In this document: positions 48,513-57,950 of the stretch, piece after piece
Numbering within the stretch: position 1 is the first letter of the stretch
How the letters are laid out: each line of letters begins with the position of its first letter
IMG/VR virus record: IMGVR_UViG_3300045391_006990
Span: 32,001-96,000 of that record
Length of the DNA: 64,000 nucleotides
DNA from: a virus
Reading direction: 5' to 3' (one strand)
Notes under the pieces: model-generated
Told to the model about the DNA's origin: nothing
Seen by the model: the letters and a program-made list of their open reading frames with translations, nothing else
Databases searched by the model: none
Program-made: the position numbers and the translations under genes

Positions 48513-51500
48513 TCAAAGGTTTTCGCCTGGGCTCGCCACATCGGGAGCCATGGGAATGTCAGGTTGCATGGGTGAATCAGCGTCGTCGCTCGAGAACTCG
48601 AAGTCCTTGTCGTCAGGCTGCGCGCCGATGAGCTTCTGCCCGGCGGTGTCGCGCCTGTTGAACTTCCTGATGGGCAGGTCTTCGCGTGCAAGGTCACGCA
48701 TGCCGCTCATCAGCGTGCCCGAGTAACTCACGCCGTCTACGTTGAGATTGAAGAAAGTGCTGAACTGACCTTCGAGCAAAAGGTCGATGGCCCTGTCAGC
48801 TCCCTTTTGCCTGAAAGTCGACAGCATTACGTCCACAGGCTCGACCGCGGGCGCTTCATACAGGTCGAACACGGCGCCGAGCTCGGTGAGCGAAGCGGCC
48901 ATATCCTCGAGCAGGTTCGTTGCATCGTTGATCATGGAAGGCGTGGGGTTGGCGTTGGTCACGATGGGGTTGAGCGCGCGCGCCAGGTTTCTGAAGAAGA
49001 GCTCTTGCTGCGGCGACTGACCGAGCCAGGTGGTTGAACCGTCCTTGAGCTCGGTGTAGTTGGCCACCTGCGCGATGCGGATGCGCCCGAAGGGATTGGG
49101 CACGCCGAAGTCGAAGGTGAGGCTGAACGTCGAGGCGACAGCTGCGCTCAGCTCGAGCACCTGCAACGTGCTGTCGATGGAGACGACCTCTTGCTCGACG
49201 TCCACCACGTTGTAGCTGCCCACATAGAACTGCACGAGGTCGCCCACCGTCACGCCCGCTGGGAACGTGTCGAAGCGGATGAACTTCGTGAAGCCCTTGA
49301 TGGGCACACCCACGTCGATAGGGTCCAGGAAGTAATCGGCGCCATGGCTCGTGCCTGCGTTGTCGACCGTGATCGCAGAAACCAGCGTGGTGTCACGCGA
49401 GACGAAGCTCACGTCTTCGGAGCCGAACTCCACGTTGAACCCAATGCTCTTATTCCCGTCTTTGAAGACGGGTAGCGAGCTCTCGATGACGAGCTCGAAC
49501 GAGGCCGTGGTCTTCACCAACTGGTCCTCACCAATGTAGTAGTGTCCTTGGTTGGGCCCGTCGCTGATGATCAGCACGTCGCCAAAGCCGAAAGTCACGT
49601 CTGGTCCCACCTCGATGGAGATGGCGCCGTCGGTGACAGGCACGGGGAATGTAACGCCCAACACACCAGACGCGATGGTGTTGATGCTGCCTTCTACTCC
49701 GATGTCAGTTGGAGTAAGGCTTGAGCGAATCACCACGCGATCTCCCAGCTGCACAGAATCAGGAACGGCGACCGCTAGTGCGATGTTGGTTCCGCCCGTA
49801 CCTAGAAGGCCGTCGCAGACCAGCTTACTCAGCACCACGCGCGTCGGGTCCGTAGGCTCGGAGCGCGCGCTACCGACGTACTCGAAGGGGTGAAACACCA
49901 CCTTGGCGCTCAAGGCAGCAGTCGAGCCCGTGATGTTGTCGACCACGGCCTGGGCTGATACTGGGCGGCTCCGCACCTCGATGCCAGGGAAGAAGCCCAG
50001 GATGGCGTGGGTCAGGTCCTGCACCCCGTCGGTGCGTGGCAGCCGAATAGCCCTCCGCTGGACCACGCTGCCGAGTTCGTCCGTGTCCACGAGCTGCAGG
50101 GCGCGCGCGGCAGGCCCCGTTTCGATGGAGTCGTCGCTCGCAGGCACAACAGGCGCCACGCCGGCGGTATCCACGTACTGGCCCAGAGGGTCGACCGCCG
50201 TGATGCCCCACGTCGTACCAGCGTTGGTCCCTGCCACCACATCGAGGTCGTCGCCCACTACAACGCCCAGCGCGTTCAGATCGCCGGCCAAGATGGTGAA
50301 GCGTGCGTTGTTGCCACCCAGGCTCGTCGTGGTGACGGGCCCGCTGTAGCGCAAGGGCACGAAGCGCTTCTGCATACGTAGCGATGAAGCACCCAGGCCT
50401 GCGTTCACCTCGGTCACGATCTGCTGGGCAGAACGTGTACCGATGGTGAGGGGAATGTCGAAAGTTGCGCCGCCCGTGTCGAGCTGCCCGAACACGATGC
50501 GCATGGCGTTGCTGTCTGCCGTGATGGCGAAGGGCTCCTGCAGCGTGCCCAAGAGCTCAGCCACGTACGACAGGGGCAACGGGAAGTCGAAGGGCGTCCC
50601 GCCGTCCAAGGTGAAGCGGATGAGCTGATTGGCAGCCAGGATGGGGTAGGGGCCCGAGCTCGAGCTCTCACGCACCGCTGGCACGGCCAGGTGCTGGGTG
50701 TCGGCGTAGGCCGTGGCCAAGCCCGAGGTGGTGATGAACTCGCTCGGAGCCGTGGCCGCCCCGTACTTCGTGACCAGCGGGCGCTGGGTGAGCAGGTCCA
50801 GCGTGACCGCGCGCAGGTTGTCGAGGCGGCTGTTCTCGTCCAGCGCCGCCAGGTCGTTGTAGTGGCTGTCGAGCACGTCGCGCGCGCGGCTGATGACACC
50901 CTGGGCAGCGATGCGGGGCAGGTTCAAGCTCGCAAAGTCGTCGATGGCGCCCGCCAGCAGCTTCACCCGCCTGATGAGCTCGTTCTGCTGGTCCACCAGC
51001 TGGCGCACGAGCCCTGGGATCTTCCCCCGGGCCCCACTCGGCGTGTCCACGATGGTAGCCGAGCCGTCGGCACCCGTCTTCCTGATATTCGAGCCCGTGG
51101 CACCGAGGAAGCCGTCGAGGTTCTGGACGTAGCGTCGGTACGCTGGGACCTTGCTGATGTCGCTGAAGCCTTGGTCACGGGATGAAACAGCGGCTTCGAG
51201 CTCCTCCAGGGCGCTGCGTGCGTTGGCAAGCAGGCTGATGTCAGTGATAGGGGTCGTGAGCCTATCGGTAGCCTCCACTGCGTCGATGAGGCTTGCGATG
51301 GTTTGAGCCTGTGAATCAAGGGCATCCTGCAGCCTCTTCACCCCGAGCTTGAGCACATAGAAGGGGGCGTTGAAGTACAGGATGAAGCACCCTGCGGCGG
51401 CCTCTTGGATGTCGCTGAAGGATACGTCAATCTTCCTTTCCCCGAGAATACCCGTTGGATGTCGAACACTTGACCGTACAATCTTCTCGACGGCGTCCTG

Positions 51501-51527
51501 CACTTCTTGGTCGGTGTAGTTGCTCAT
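48513..51527 (-). CDS. Putative virion structural protein, 1004 aa
   Basis: Helical termini around a beta-rich core. Shares GVxVGD..I..GxNxG repeats with the baseplate protein. Confidence 0.6.
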   Translation of the reverse strand: MSNYTDQEVQDAVEKIVRSSVRHPTGILGERKIDVSFSDIQEAAAGCFILYFNAPFYVLKLGVKRLQDALDSQAQTIASLIDAVEATDRLTTPITDISLLANARSALEELEAAVSSRDQGFSDISKVPAYRRYVQNLDGFLGATGSNIRKTGADGSATIVDTPSGARGKIPGLVRQLVDQQNELIRRVKLLAGAIDDFASLNLPRIAAQGVISRARDVLDSHYNDLAALDENSRLDNLRAVTLDLLTQRPLVTKYGAATAPSEFITTSGLATAYADTQHLAVPAVRESSSSGPYPILAANQLIRFTLDGGTPFDFPLPLSYVAELLGTLQEPFAITADSNAMRIVFGQLDTGGATFDIPLTIGTRSAQQIVTEVNAGLGASSLRMQKRFVPLRYSGPVTTTSLGGNNARFTILAGDLNALGVVVGDDLDVVAGTNAGTTWGITAVDPLGQYVDTAGVAPVVPASDDSIETGPAARALQLVDTDELGSVVQRRAIRLPRTDGVQDLTHAILGFFPGIEVRSRPVSAQAVVDNITGSTAALSAKVVFHPFEYVGSARSEPTDPTRVVLSKLVCDGLLGTGGTNIALAVAVPDSVQLGDRVVIRSSLTPTDIGVEGSINTIASGVLGVTFPVPVTDGAISIEVGPDVTFGFGDVLIISDGPNQGHYYIGEDQLVKTTASFELVIESSLPVFKDGNKSIGFNVEFGSEDVSFVSRDTTLVSAITVDNAGTSHGADYFLDPIDVGVPIKGFTKFIRFDTFPAGVTVGDLVQFYVGSYNVVDVEQEVVSIDSTLQVLELSAAVASTFSLTFDFGVPNPFGRIRIAQVANYTELKDGSTTWLGQSPQQELFFRNLARALNPIVTNANPTPSMINDATNLLEDMAASLTELGAVFDLYEAPAVEPVDVMLSTFRQKGADRAIDLLLEGQFSTFFNLNVDGVSYSGTLMSGMRDLAREDLPIRKFNRRDTAGQKLIGAQPDDKDFEFSSDDADSPMQPDIPMAPDVASPGENL

Positions 51528-51799
51528 TTGCTGGGGTCTTTCTCGAGGCTGAAGCGTGCGGTAGGCACCTTGTACTTACCAAAAACGTCTGGGTGAAATT
51601 GGTTGGGCTGCAACCCACTTTGCAGGGCATTCTCCATGTCCTGCGCCATCTCGTCCTCGTAGGCTTTGGTCTTGATGCAGCGGACGCAGCTGACCAGGGT
51701 GTGGTCGGTGGTGCTTCGCATGAACCCGCGGTCTCGAGTCGCACCACAGACCGCGGCATTGTCCCCGTGTTTGAACCTCCAATGCATCACGTGGCTCAT
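51524..51799 (-). CDS. Zn-finger + AxxMExAL motif protein
   Basis: H..CG..VSCVRC followed by DEMAQDMENAL. Confidence 0.7.
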   Translation of the reverse strand: MSHVMHWRFKHGDNAAVCGATRDRGFMRSTTDHTLVSCVRCIKTKAYEDEMAQDMENALQSGLQPNQFHPDVFGKYKVPTARFSLEKDPSK

Positions 51800-52390
51800 G
51801 TAGTGGGGTCTTTCTCAGGCATATCGATGCCGCTGAAGTATCTACGGATGGCCACGTCCAGGTCGAGGAAGGGGCCGTGATTTTCGCCCTGTTCGCCCAG
51901 CTCTTCCCACCAGACGATGATGGCGTACTCGGTGGTCTTCAGGAGGTGGCCACGCCACTCGAGGCGCCAGCCATGGGCGCGGGTGAGGTGAAGCTGCTGG
52001 TTGCGGGCGCCGATGCACCATGTAGCGGCTGCCTCGACATCGGGGAAGAGCAGGACGGTGTGCTCGACGCGTACGGCGCGCCAGGCTTTGGGCTCACCGG
52101 TCTCGGTCAGGGTGAAGACAGTTGTGCCGGGCACCAGGTCGATGATCTCCCAGTAATTGCCACGTGTGGGTTGGATGATGGCGCTCATGTACTTGCCTTT
52201 GCTGCTGCGCGTAGGAGCTCCACTTCACGGGGCGTGAAGGGGCCGTTGCCCGAGTGTTTGATGCAGGTTTCTACGGCCGTGACCAGGCTTTCCTCTTCGC
52301 CATGGACCAGGAGCTGCTTGGCCACATTGAGCTCGTGCTGTAGGAGGGAGGGGAGGGGTTGGGCAGGTGCTGTTCGCGGGCGCCGAAAAG

Positions 52391-52717
52391 TCATGTAGGG
52401 GGTGCTTTCCCTGAGCCTCGGCACCTAGCGCAGACGCCGTTGAACTGGGAGGGTATCGGACTTCTTGAGCCTGAGCCATGGCAGCTTTCGCACAGCTTGG
52501 GCTGGGTCAGGATGCGCATGACTTCTTGGTAGGTTTTGTCCTGCACAGCGAGGACGGGGTGCTCATGCTGGTCGAGGATGTAGACGATGTCGAACAGCTG
52601 CTTGGTGGTGAAGGGGGCCTTGGCTTGGAGCACGGTGGCCAGGGTGGTGAGGAAGTCGGGATGAACGCTGTTGGCTGGCGCCGAAGGTTCATTTTCTGGG
52701 TGGAGCGGGGTGCTCAT
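52391..52717 (-). CDS. Hypothetical protein with DnaJ-type CxxCxGxG repeats
   Basis: CESCHGSG...CARCRGSG. Confidence 0.55.
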   Translation of the reverse strand: MSTPLHPENEPSAPANSVHPDFLTTLATVLQAKAPFTTKQLFDIVYILDQHEHPVLAVQDKTYQEVMRILTQPKLCESCHGSGSRSPIPSQFNGVCARCRGSGKAPPT

Positions 52718-52913
52718 GTATTGGTGACTTTCGTTGGGGTCTGAGGCAGAGAGAACACGAGGGAGCCAGGCTGGATGTGCTTACCGTCGACGGCGAGCTT
52801 AGCCGAAGAAGTGAGCTCGGTGCGCAGCCTGTGTTGGAGGATGAGCCAGCTGTGGCGCTCGGTGGCGTGATTGGGGAATTTGTCGAGGGTGAAGGCAGGT
52901 AGGCGGTGCGGGA

Positions 52914-53186
52914 TCATGTTGGTCGAGCCTTCCTTGGCAGGTTCACCACTTTTTTGAGCGCGAGGGCTAGGCTGTTGTTTCGGAAAGTAGATGGCATCCT
53001 AAAATCTGTCAGCTTGGGCGCATCAGGGGTCAGAGCATCTTCCATCTTCTGAGCGATTCGGTCCTCGTGCGTGATGTTGGGTGTGAAGGGTTTCCCGTCG
53101 TAGGTGCGGCACACACCTTCGTGGCTGTGTTCCAAGTAGCAGCGTTTTTTGTAATTTGGCAGCACGAGCCTGTTCATACAACGCAT
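52914..53186 (-). CDS. C-C-H-C finger + AxxMExAL motif protein
   Basis: C...CYLEHSHEGVC followed by DRIAQKMEDAL. Confidence 0.65.
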   Translation of the reverse strand: MRCMNRLVLPNYKKRCYLEHSHEGVCRTYDGKPFTPNITHEDRIAQKMEDALTPDAPKLTDFRMPSTFRNNSLALALKKVVNLPRKARPT

Positions 53187-53190
53187 GGCT

Positions 53191-53427
53191 TCAACCTAGT
53201 TTTGGCAGCAGCGCGATGCACGCAGGGCACGAGACGTTCTCGTCGTCGAAGGTGTAGAGCGGGGTCTTGTCGGAGAGGGGCGTGCCCTTCGACCAGTCAG
53301 CTCGGTACACGCCTTCAGGCAAGCCCTCTGGCTGCGCGTAGACGTAGTACTCCTTGTTCTGACAGAGGATGGTTACGTAGGGCTGCGAGGAGCTGTGGCA
53401 GGCGTGAACGACTTGCTCGGTGTTCAT
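53191..53427 (-). CDS. Zn-finger protein of the same family, lacking the motif
   Basis: VH...ILC...VSCPAC, then ends. Confidence 0.55.
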   Translation of the reverse strand: MNTEQVVHACHSSSQPYVTILCQNKEYYVYAQPEGLPEGVYRADWSKGTPLSDKTPLYTFDDENVSCPACIALLPKLG

Positions 53428-53633
53428 GTGGTTGCTGCTTTCTGTAGTGCATGTTCCATGATTTCAGCGCGCTCGTCTCGGTACCGAGCAGTGCGCATGC
53501 AGCTCTTGCACGTCACCCAGTCGGCAAGCGAGGTCCACTGCACACGGCCTTCAGGGTCTTTGGTATTGCATACCTGCATGCGCTTACCGCAAGCTGTGGT
53601 GCGGTTCATGCCAAGGAAGAGGTGGACAGACAT
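53424..53633 (-). CDS. Zn-finger + AxxMExAL motif protein
   Basis: H..TACG..VTCKSC followed by DERAEIMEHAL. Confidence 0.7.
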   Translation of the reverse strand: MSVHLFLGMNRTTACGKRMQVCNTKDPEGRVQWTSLADWVTCKSCMRTARYRDERAEIMEHALQKAATT

Positions 53634-53908
53634 AGCTTCACGATCTTTTCGGTCAGCTCGTCGGTAAAGGCCCTGAAGCTGGCGACGGTACTGGGCGTGG
53701 TGAGCGACTCTTCCATCCGCTGGGCTTGGCACTCATCTGAGATCAGGCAGGCTTCGCAGTCCACGATGTCCAAGCTGCTAGAGAGGCGCGCGTCGTCGGG
53801 CAATTCACGTACCAGCTTGCCGCAGCCTGTACGAAACGGCATGTGCTGCTTGGGCGTGGGGAGCCAGTAATGAATCACGATGAGCTGGTCGTTTTCGTCG
53901 ACGTTCAT
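53606..53908 (-). CDS. Zn-finger + AxxMExAL motif protein
   Basis: HY..TGCG..VDCEAC followed by ECQAQRMEESL. Confidence 0.7.
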   Translation of the reverse strand: MNVDENDQLIVIHYWLPTPKQHMPFRTGCGKLVRELPDDARLSSSLDIVDCEACLISDECQAQRMEESLTTPSTVASFRAFTDELTEKIVKLCLSTSSLA

Positions 53909-54369
53909 GTGGTGCCTATCAGTAGCTGCCGTTGTGCGGATGGATTCCACTTCATGTGCTGCCCGGGCGGGAGGGTGAACTGCAGGATGATGAAGCCGTC
54001 AGCGCGCTTGACCATGTACTTGCGGTTCGCAAAGGACTCGTTGTACACGGTGAACTCTTCGATGCGCTCGCCAGCCGCCCACACGCGGTACACGCTTCCC
54101 GTCTCATCGACCAGCGTGGCAGCAGGGGCTTGGAGCGCTTCCTCCATCGCCTGTGCCTTACACTCGTCGGACCTGAGGCAGGCGGGGCAGTCCACTTCCT
54201 TGAGCTTGCTGGTGAGCGAAGCGGGCTGCCGTAAGTCGTAGAAGCCAAGGCCGCAGGCTGTGTGCACGGGCCCACGCCTTTCGACGTAGTAGTGGTGCGC
54301 GGTAGGGAGCACACGAGTAGTGAATGAGCGGGCTGCCTCCGCAATCTTTTCTTTTAGCTCAGCGCTCAT
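53905..54369 (-). CDS. Zn-finger + AxxMExAL motif protein with a C-terminal domain
   Basis: HY..TACG..VDCPAC followed by ECKAQAMEEAL. Confidence 0.7.
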   Translation of the reverse strand: MSAELKEKIAEAARSFTTRVLPTAHHYYVERRGPVHTACGLGFYDLRQPASLTSKLKEVDCPACLRSDECKAQAMEEALQAPAATLVDETGSVYRVWAAGERIEEFTVYNESFANRKYMVKRADGFIILQFTLPPGQHMKWNPSAQRQLLIGTT

Positions 54370-54595
54370 ACATGTCCGTACCGAACATCGACACGACGCC
54401 CTCGGTTGCTTGCCGGATGTTCGATTTGATGAGGGCACGCTCCATGCCCGTGGCCAGGTACTCGTCCGAGCACAGGCAGCCAGGGCACGTTACTTCCTTG
54501 AGGCTGTTGGTGCCGCATACGCCGGGTTCAGTGCCCAGGGGTTGGCCGCAGGCTGGGATGTAGTTGGCACCGCGGGTGACATAGCAGACGGGCAT
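54359..54595 (-). CDS. Zn-finger + AxxMExAL motif protein
   Basis: CY..PACG..VTCPGC followed by EYLATGMERAL; GGAGG SD. Confidence 0.7.
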   Translation of the reverse strand: MPVCYVTRGANYIPACGQPLGTEPGVCGTNSLKEVTCPGCLCSDEYLATGMERALIKSNIRQATEGVVSMFGTDMYER

Positions 54596-54612
54596 GCGTA
54601 CCTCCTGCAGCA

Positions 54613-54930
54613 TTACGTAATCTCCAGCTTCTTCAGGTACTCGGCAGAGACCATGAGCTTGCTGAATTCCTTCTCGAGAAGTTCATTTGGATACAGTACA
54701 TTCATGAAATCACCTGCCTCCACACCACGGTTGACGAAGTCAGGCTCGCGCAGCGAATCCTCCATGGATTGAGCCAAGGCATCGAGGTACTGGGCGGACT
54801 CGAGGCAGCTCTCGCAGTTGATGCGCTCGACCCAGCGCGTGGCGTACATATCGTGGGTGATGCGCACGCCACATCCCGTACGCTTGCTGTCACCGTTCTT
54901 GGCGAAGTGGGAGGTGCCCTCGAACTTCAT
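54613..54930 (-). CDS. Zn-finger + AxxMExAL motif protein
   Basis: HF..TGCG..INCESC followed by DALAQSMEDSL. Confidence 0.7.
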   Translation of the reverse strand: MKFEGTSHFAKNGDSKRTGCGVRITHDMYATRWVERINCESCLESAQYLDALAQSMEDSLREPDFVNRGVEAGDFMNVLYPNELLEKEFSKLMVSAEYLKKLEIT

Positions 54931-55283
54931 GGACCACCACCTTCCGCTGTGATCGCCAGCTTGCGTACGACACCATCCGAGCTCATCACGCAGATTTCGT
55001 CTGTAGTCGTGTCCATCCACAGAAAGCAACCGCTGACAGGTGCAGTGGTTGGGGCGCCCGGCAGCCAGGTATTCGAGCTCGCGGGCAGCGGGATGGTAGG
55101 CGCGCTCTTGCCGGAGATGGTGAACACATCCGTGCGCAGCGCATCTTCCATGGACTGCGCGACGCCTTCGAGGCACGTGACACAATCCACCTCGTAGGGT
55201 GCGCTGCTGCAGAAGTCAGCCTTCACCTGACTCAAGCCGCAGAAGGTGCGCGCTCTACCTGGAGGGACGTAGCAAGTAATCAT
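54927..55283 (-). CDS. Zn-finger + AxxMExAL motif protein with a tail-fibre-tip-like C-terminus
   Basis: CY..TFCG..VDCVTC followed by EGVAQSMEDAL. Confidence 0.7.
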   Translation of the reverse strand: MITCYVPPGRARTFCGLSQVKADFCSSAPYEVDCVTCLEGVAQSMEDALRTDVFTISGKSAPTIPLPASSNTWLPGAPTTAPVSGCFLWMDTTTDEICVMSSDGVVRKLAITAEGGGP

Positions 55284-55289
55284 GGGCTC

Positions 55290-55673
55290 CTAGTAGGGTT
55301 GGAAGTCGCGCTTACGCTTGGGTGCACTCTTCAGCGTCTTGAAGTAGGTCTCGAGCGTGAGTCGATACGCATCGAGTTGTTCGAGCCCTTCGAAGTACCA
55401 CCAGTAGGCCTTGTACTCGTAGAGCACCCAGTAGGGCGGGTTCTTGTGCTCGTAGCTGACCATGGTCTGCGTCTTGGTGCGCATGCCATCAGGAAATGGG
55501 GTGAACGAGAGCACGGCAATGGACATGGCCTTGGTACGCCACACGCGGTACTGCTGGTTGGCCAGAACGGCGCCGTGCGTGCCGCGTGTGGTGTAAGGCT
55601 TGCCTTTGCCGAAGGTCAGCGCGTCCTCCATGGCTTGCGCGATTTCATCTTCGGTCAGCTCTTCCATGGTCAA
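55290..55673 (-). CDS. AxxMExAL motif protein
   Basis: N-terminal EDEIAQAMEDAL. Confidence 0.7.
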   Translation of the reverse strand: MTMEELTEDEIAQAMEDALTFGKGKPYTTRGTHGAVLANQQYRVWRTKAMSIAVLSFTPFPDGMRTKTQTMVSYEHKNPPYWVLYEYKAYWWYFEGLEQLDAYRLTLETYFKTLKSAPKRKRDFQPY

Positions 55674-55918
55674 TCCCAGTAGTAGAGTACAAGCTCGCTG
55701 GTGTGGCGTCCTTCGTGACCGAATGGGAGCTCGCAGAAGACGGTCTGCCCTTTGTTCGTGAAGTGCATGTGCTTGCAGCGCAAGTCACGGGCTGGAGTGC
55801 CTCCGAGTGCCTGCTCGAGGCGGTCTAGGGCTAGCTCTTCGTTGATCTTACGAGCCCTGCGCTCCTCGAGCTTCTTGCGCCTCCGCGCCTCGCGCTTGAA
55901 GCTGCGCGCGGTAGCCAT
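55670..55918 (-). CDS. Basic N-terminus + LDRLExAL variant motif + C-C-H-H finger
   Basis: ELALDRLEQAL...C...CELPFGHEGRH. Confidence 0.65.
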   Translation of the reverse strand: MATARSFKREARRRKKLEERRARKINEELALDRLEQALGGTPARDLRCKHMHFTNKGQTVFCELPFGHEGRHTSELVLYYWD

Positions 55919-56263
55919 CTACACCCCGAGCTTGAGCCTGGCTTCTTTGATGGACTCGAGCGAGATCCACGCAGGCTTACGGTACCGTGCAGTGGCAATG
56001 TCATTGCAGAACTTATGCCAAGCCTCGGTCAAGATCTTGTGCTCCGTACGTTGCTCCAAGCTGAGCCACACGGTGCCGCGGCCTTCGGCTTGCAGCGTCT
56101 CGAGGTCGAAGCGCCCTCTTGGTGCGATGAAGCGCGAGTTCTCGTAGTTGTACTCCACCCACTTGCGCCCAATCTTGGTGATCACGTACTCGGTAGGCTT
56201 GCCACGGTCGAAGTCGTGCTCGACGAAGACATGCTGCCCTACCTTCAGGTTGTGCTTGTTCAT
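55919..56263 (-). CDS. Hypothetical beta-barrel-like phage protein
   Basis: LKVGQ...ITKIGRKW; ATGA overlap. Confidence 0.6.
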   Translation of the reverse strand: MNKHNLKVGQHVFVEHDFDRGKPTEYVITKIGRKWVEYNYENSRFIAPRGRFDLETLQAEGRGTVWLSLEQRTEHKILTEAWHKFCNDIATARYRKPAWISLESIKEARLKLGV

Positions 56264-56637
56264 GATGCCCACTCGAAGGCGATGCCTTCACGCTCACACA
56301 TTTCAGAGAACATTCGGCGCACGGCGATACATTGCCGGTCACCAGGTTTGAGTGCCTTGCGGCACACGTCGGGGCGCTTTTCGTAGATGGAGCAACTCAC
56401 TTGGCTACCGATGGAGCCACGCAGCGAGACGCACCTGCAGTCCTCACAGCCTTTGAGCGGGCCCGTCTTGTTGACCGTTGGCCGTGTACGTATCTCGCTG
56501 CGAATGACGTGCAGCTTCACGTAACGTTTGCCCAGAAGCTCTTCATCTTTGGGCGTGAGGTTGACGTAGGTGTCCTCCCAGGTAAGGGAGGTACAACAGA
56601 TGCCGCACTTGCGGCAGTCAGGCTTGCGCATGATCAC
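56260..56637 (-). CDS. YkgJ-family CxxCxxCC cysteine-cluster protein
   Basis: DCRKCGICC...CVSL.G.IG...CSIYEKRPDVCR...C. Confidence 0.8.
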   Translation of the reverse strand: MIMRKPDCRKCGICCTSLTWEDTYVNLTPKDEELLGKRYVKLHVIRSEIRTRPTVNKTGPLKGCEDCRCVSLRGSIGSQVSCSIYEKRPDVCRKALKPGDRQCIAVRRMFSEMCEREGIAFEWAS

Positions 56638-57093
56638 TCCAAGTGGTGAGGCCCCACGTGCTTGTAGCGCCTGAGTTCCTGCGGGGTAGCGCCAGTGAGG
56701 CGGCGCTTGGTCGCACCGGCGCTGCGCTCGCTGCGTGCCTTGTCACGGCGCCATTCTTCAGCCTCGGCTTCGGTAGCCACGTACTGCGTGGAGCCCCACG
56801 AAGGGATGTTGATTGTCCACACGGCCACTTCATGAGGGTCGTGCTGCCTTTCAGGATCGAGGTCTGCGTCTTCCTTGACCAAACCTTCGGCGATTTCGAT
56901 GAGAGCTACCTCGCCGTCGGCAAAGGGCTCCACAGTGACGCTGGTCGAGCTGAACTTGGGCGCGCGCCAGCGCGGACAGTCTGCACCGTCCACACGGCTC
57001 ATGTACGGATGAAAGACAGGGAAGGGCGGCGTGATGCCGTCATGCTTGCGCGCCCAGTTGAGCAGGATGCGCACAGCACGGATGAGCTTCTGT

Positions 57094-57333
57094 TCATGGG
57101 GGTTCATACGAGGGATCACTCCAGGAAATGACGGCCAGCGATGGTGTGACGCACATGTGATCAGTGCCTCGGTGGCCGCGCTTGAGGGTGCAGCGGTGCC
57201 CTTCGGATACCGACTGGCACTGGGCGGTGGCGATGGCCGCTTCGAGTCTGTCGAGCGGCGCTTCGTACTTCAGGTATTGCTGACGAGCGTGGCGCTTCTT
57301 GCGAAGCTCACGCTTCTGTTTTCGGTTTGCCAG
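57094..57333 (-). CDS. Paralog of 55670..55918 with a probable CTG start (not in the ORF track), 79 aa
   Basis: GGAGG 9 nt before the CTG. ANRKQKRELRKKRH...EAPLDRLEAAI...C...CTLKRGHRG..H. No in-frame ATG/GTG/TTG back to the TAG at 57430. Confidence 0.6.
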   Translation of the reverse strand: MANRKQKRELRKKRHARQQYLKYEAPLDRLEAAIATAQCQSVSEGHRCTLKRGHRGTDHMCVTPSLAVISWSDPSYEPP

Positions 57334-57698
57334 TTGAGATGACCTCCAACTCCTGTTCTCCGGCGAACTTGTGCTGAAGCAGCGTTGGGTTGTGGTCAGG
57401 TACGTGCTGAAGATCTTCAGGCAGGTCTTCTATAGCTAGGGTAGGCTTCCACACGAAGATGAGCGTATCGGCCTGTGCGTTGTAGTGGGTCTCTACGAGT
57501 TCGCAAAGGTACAGCTTGTCCCTGTTGTCCCTCACCACCGGAGACTCGATCTTGTACCCAATCTTCTTCGGGTCGGGGTAGGCGTAGTTGCCGTCCTTGC
57601 TGTGCGCACACGACCAGTCGCCGAGTGCCATCTGCACTTCGGCTATTGAGCGGGGCAGCGTCGTAACGATGTAGTTCATTCTCCAAGACATGGGATCC

Positions 57699-57950
57699 TC
57701 ACACGGGTTTGGTTTCGCTCACGATGACGGTGGGTGGGAAAAGGTCGAGCAGGTTGTACTTCTCAGCCAAGGTGTAGCTGTTTGCCTTTCGAAACTTCTG
57801 CTCTTCGCGAGCTCGTTTAGCTCGGATGTCACGCATGGCGTCCTTCAAGCTGAGCGGACCACGCAACGATTCTTCCATGCTCTGCGCCGCACGCGCTTCA
57901 TCAACTACTTGCTGTAGTTCTACTGGGAGCTGTGGTTGCTTAGCAGTCAT
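57699..57950 (-). CDS. AxxMExAL motif protein
   Basis: ARAAQSMEESL. Confidence 0.65.
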   Translation of the reverse strand: MTAKQPQLPVELQQVVDEARAAQSMEESLRGPLSLKDAMRDIRAKRAREEQKFRKANSYTLAEKYNLLDLFPPTVIVSETKPV

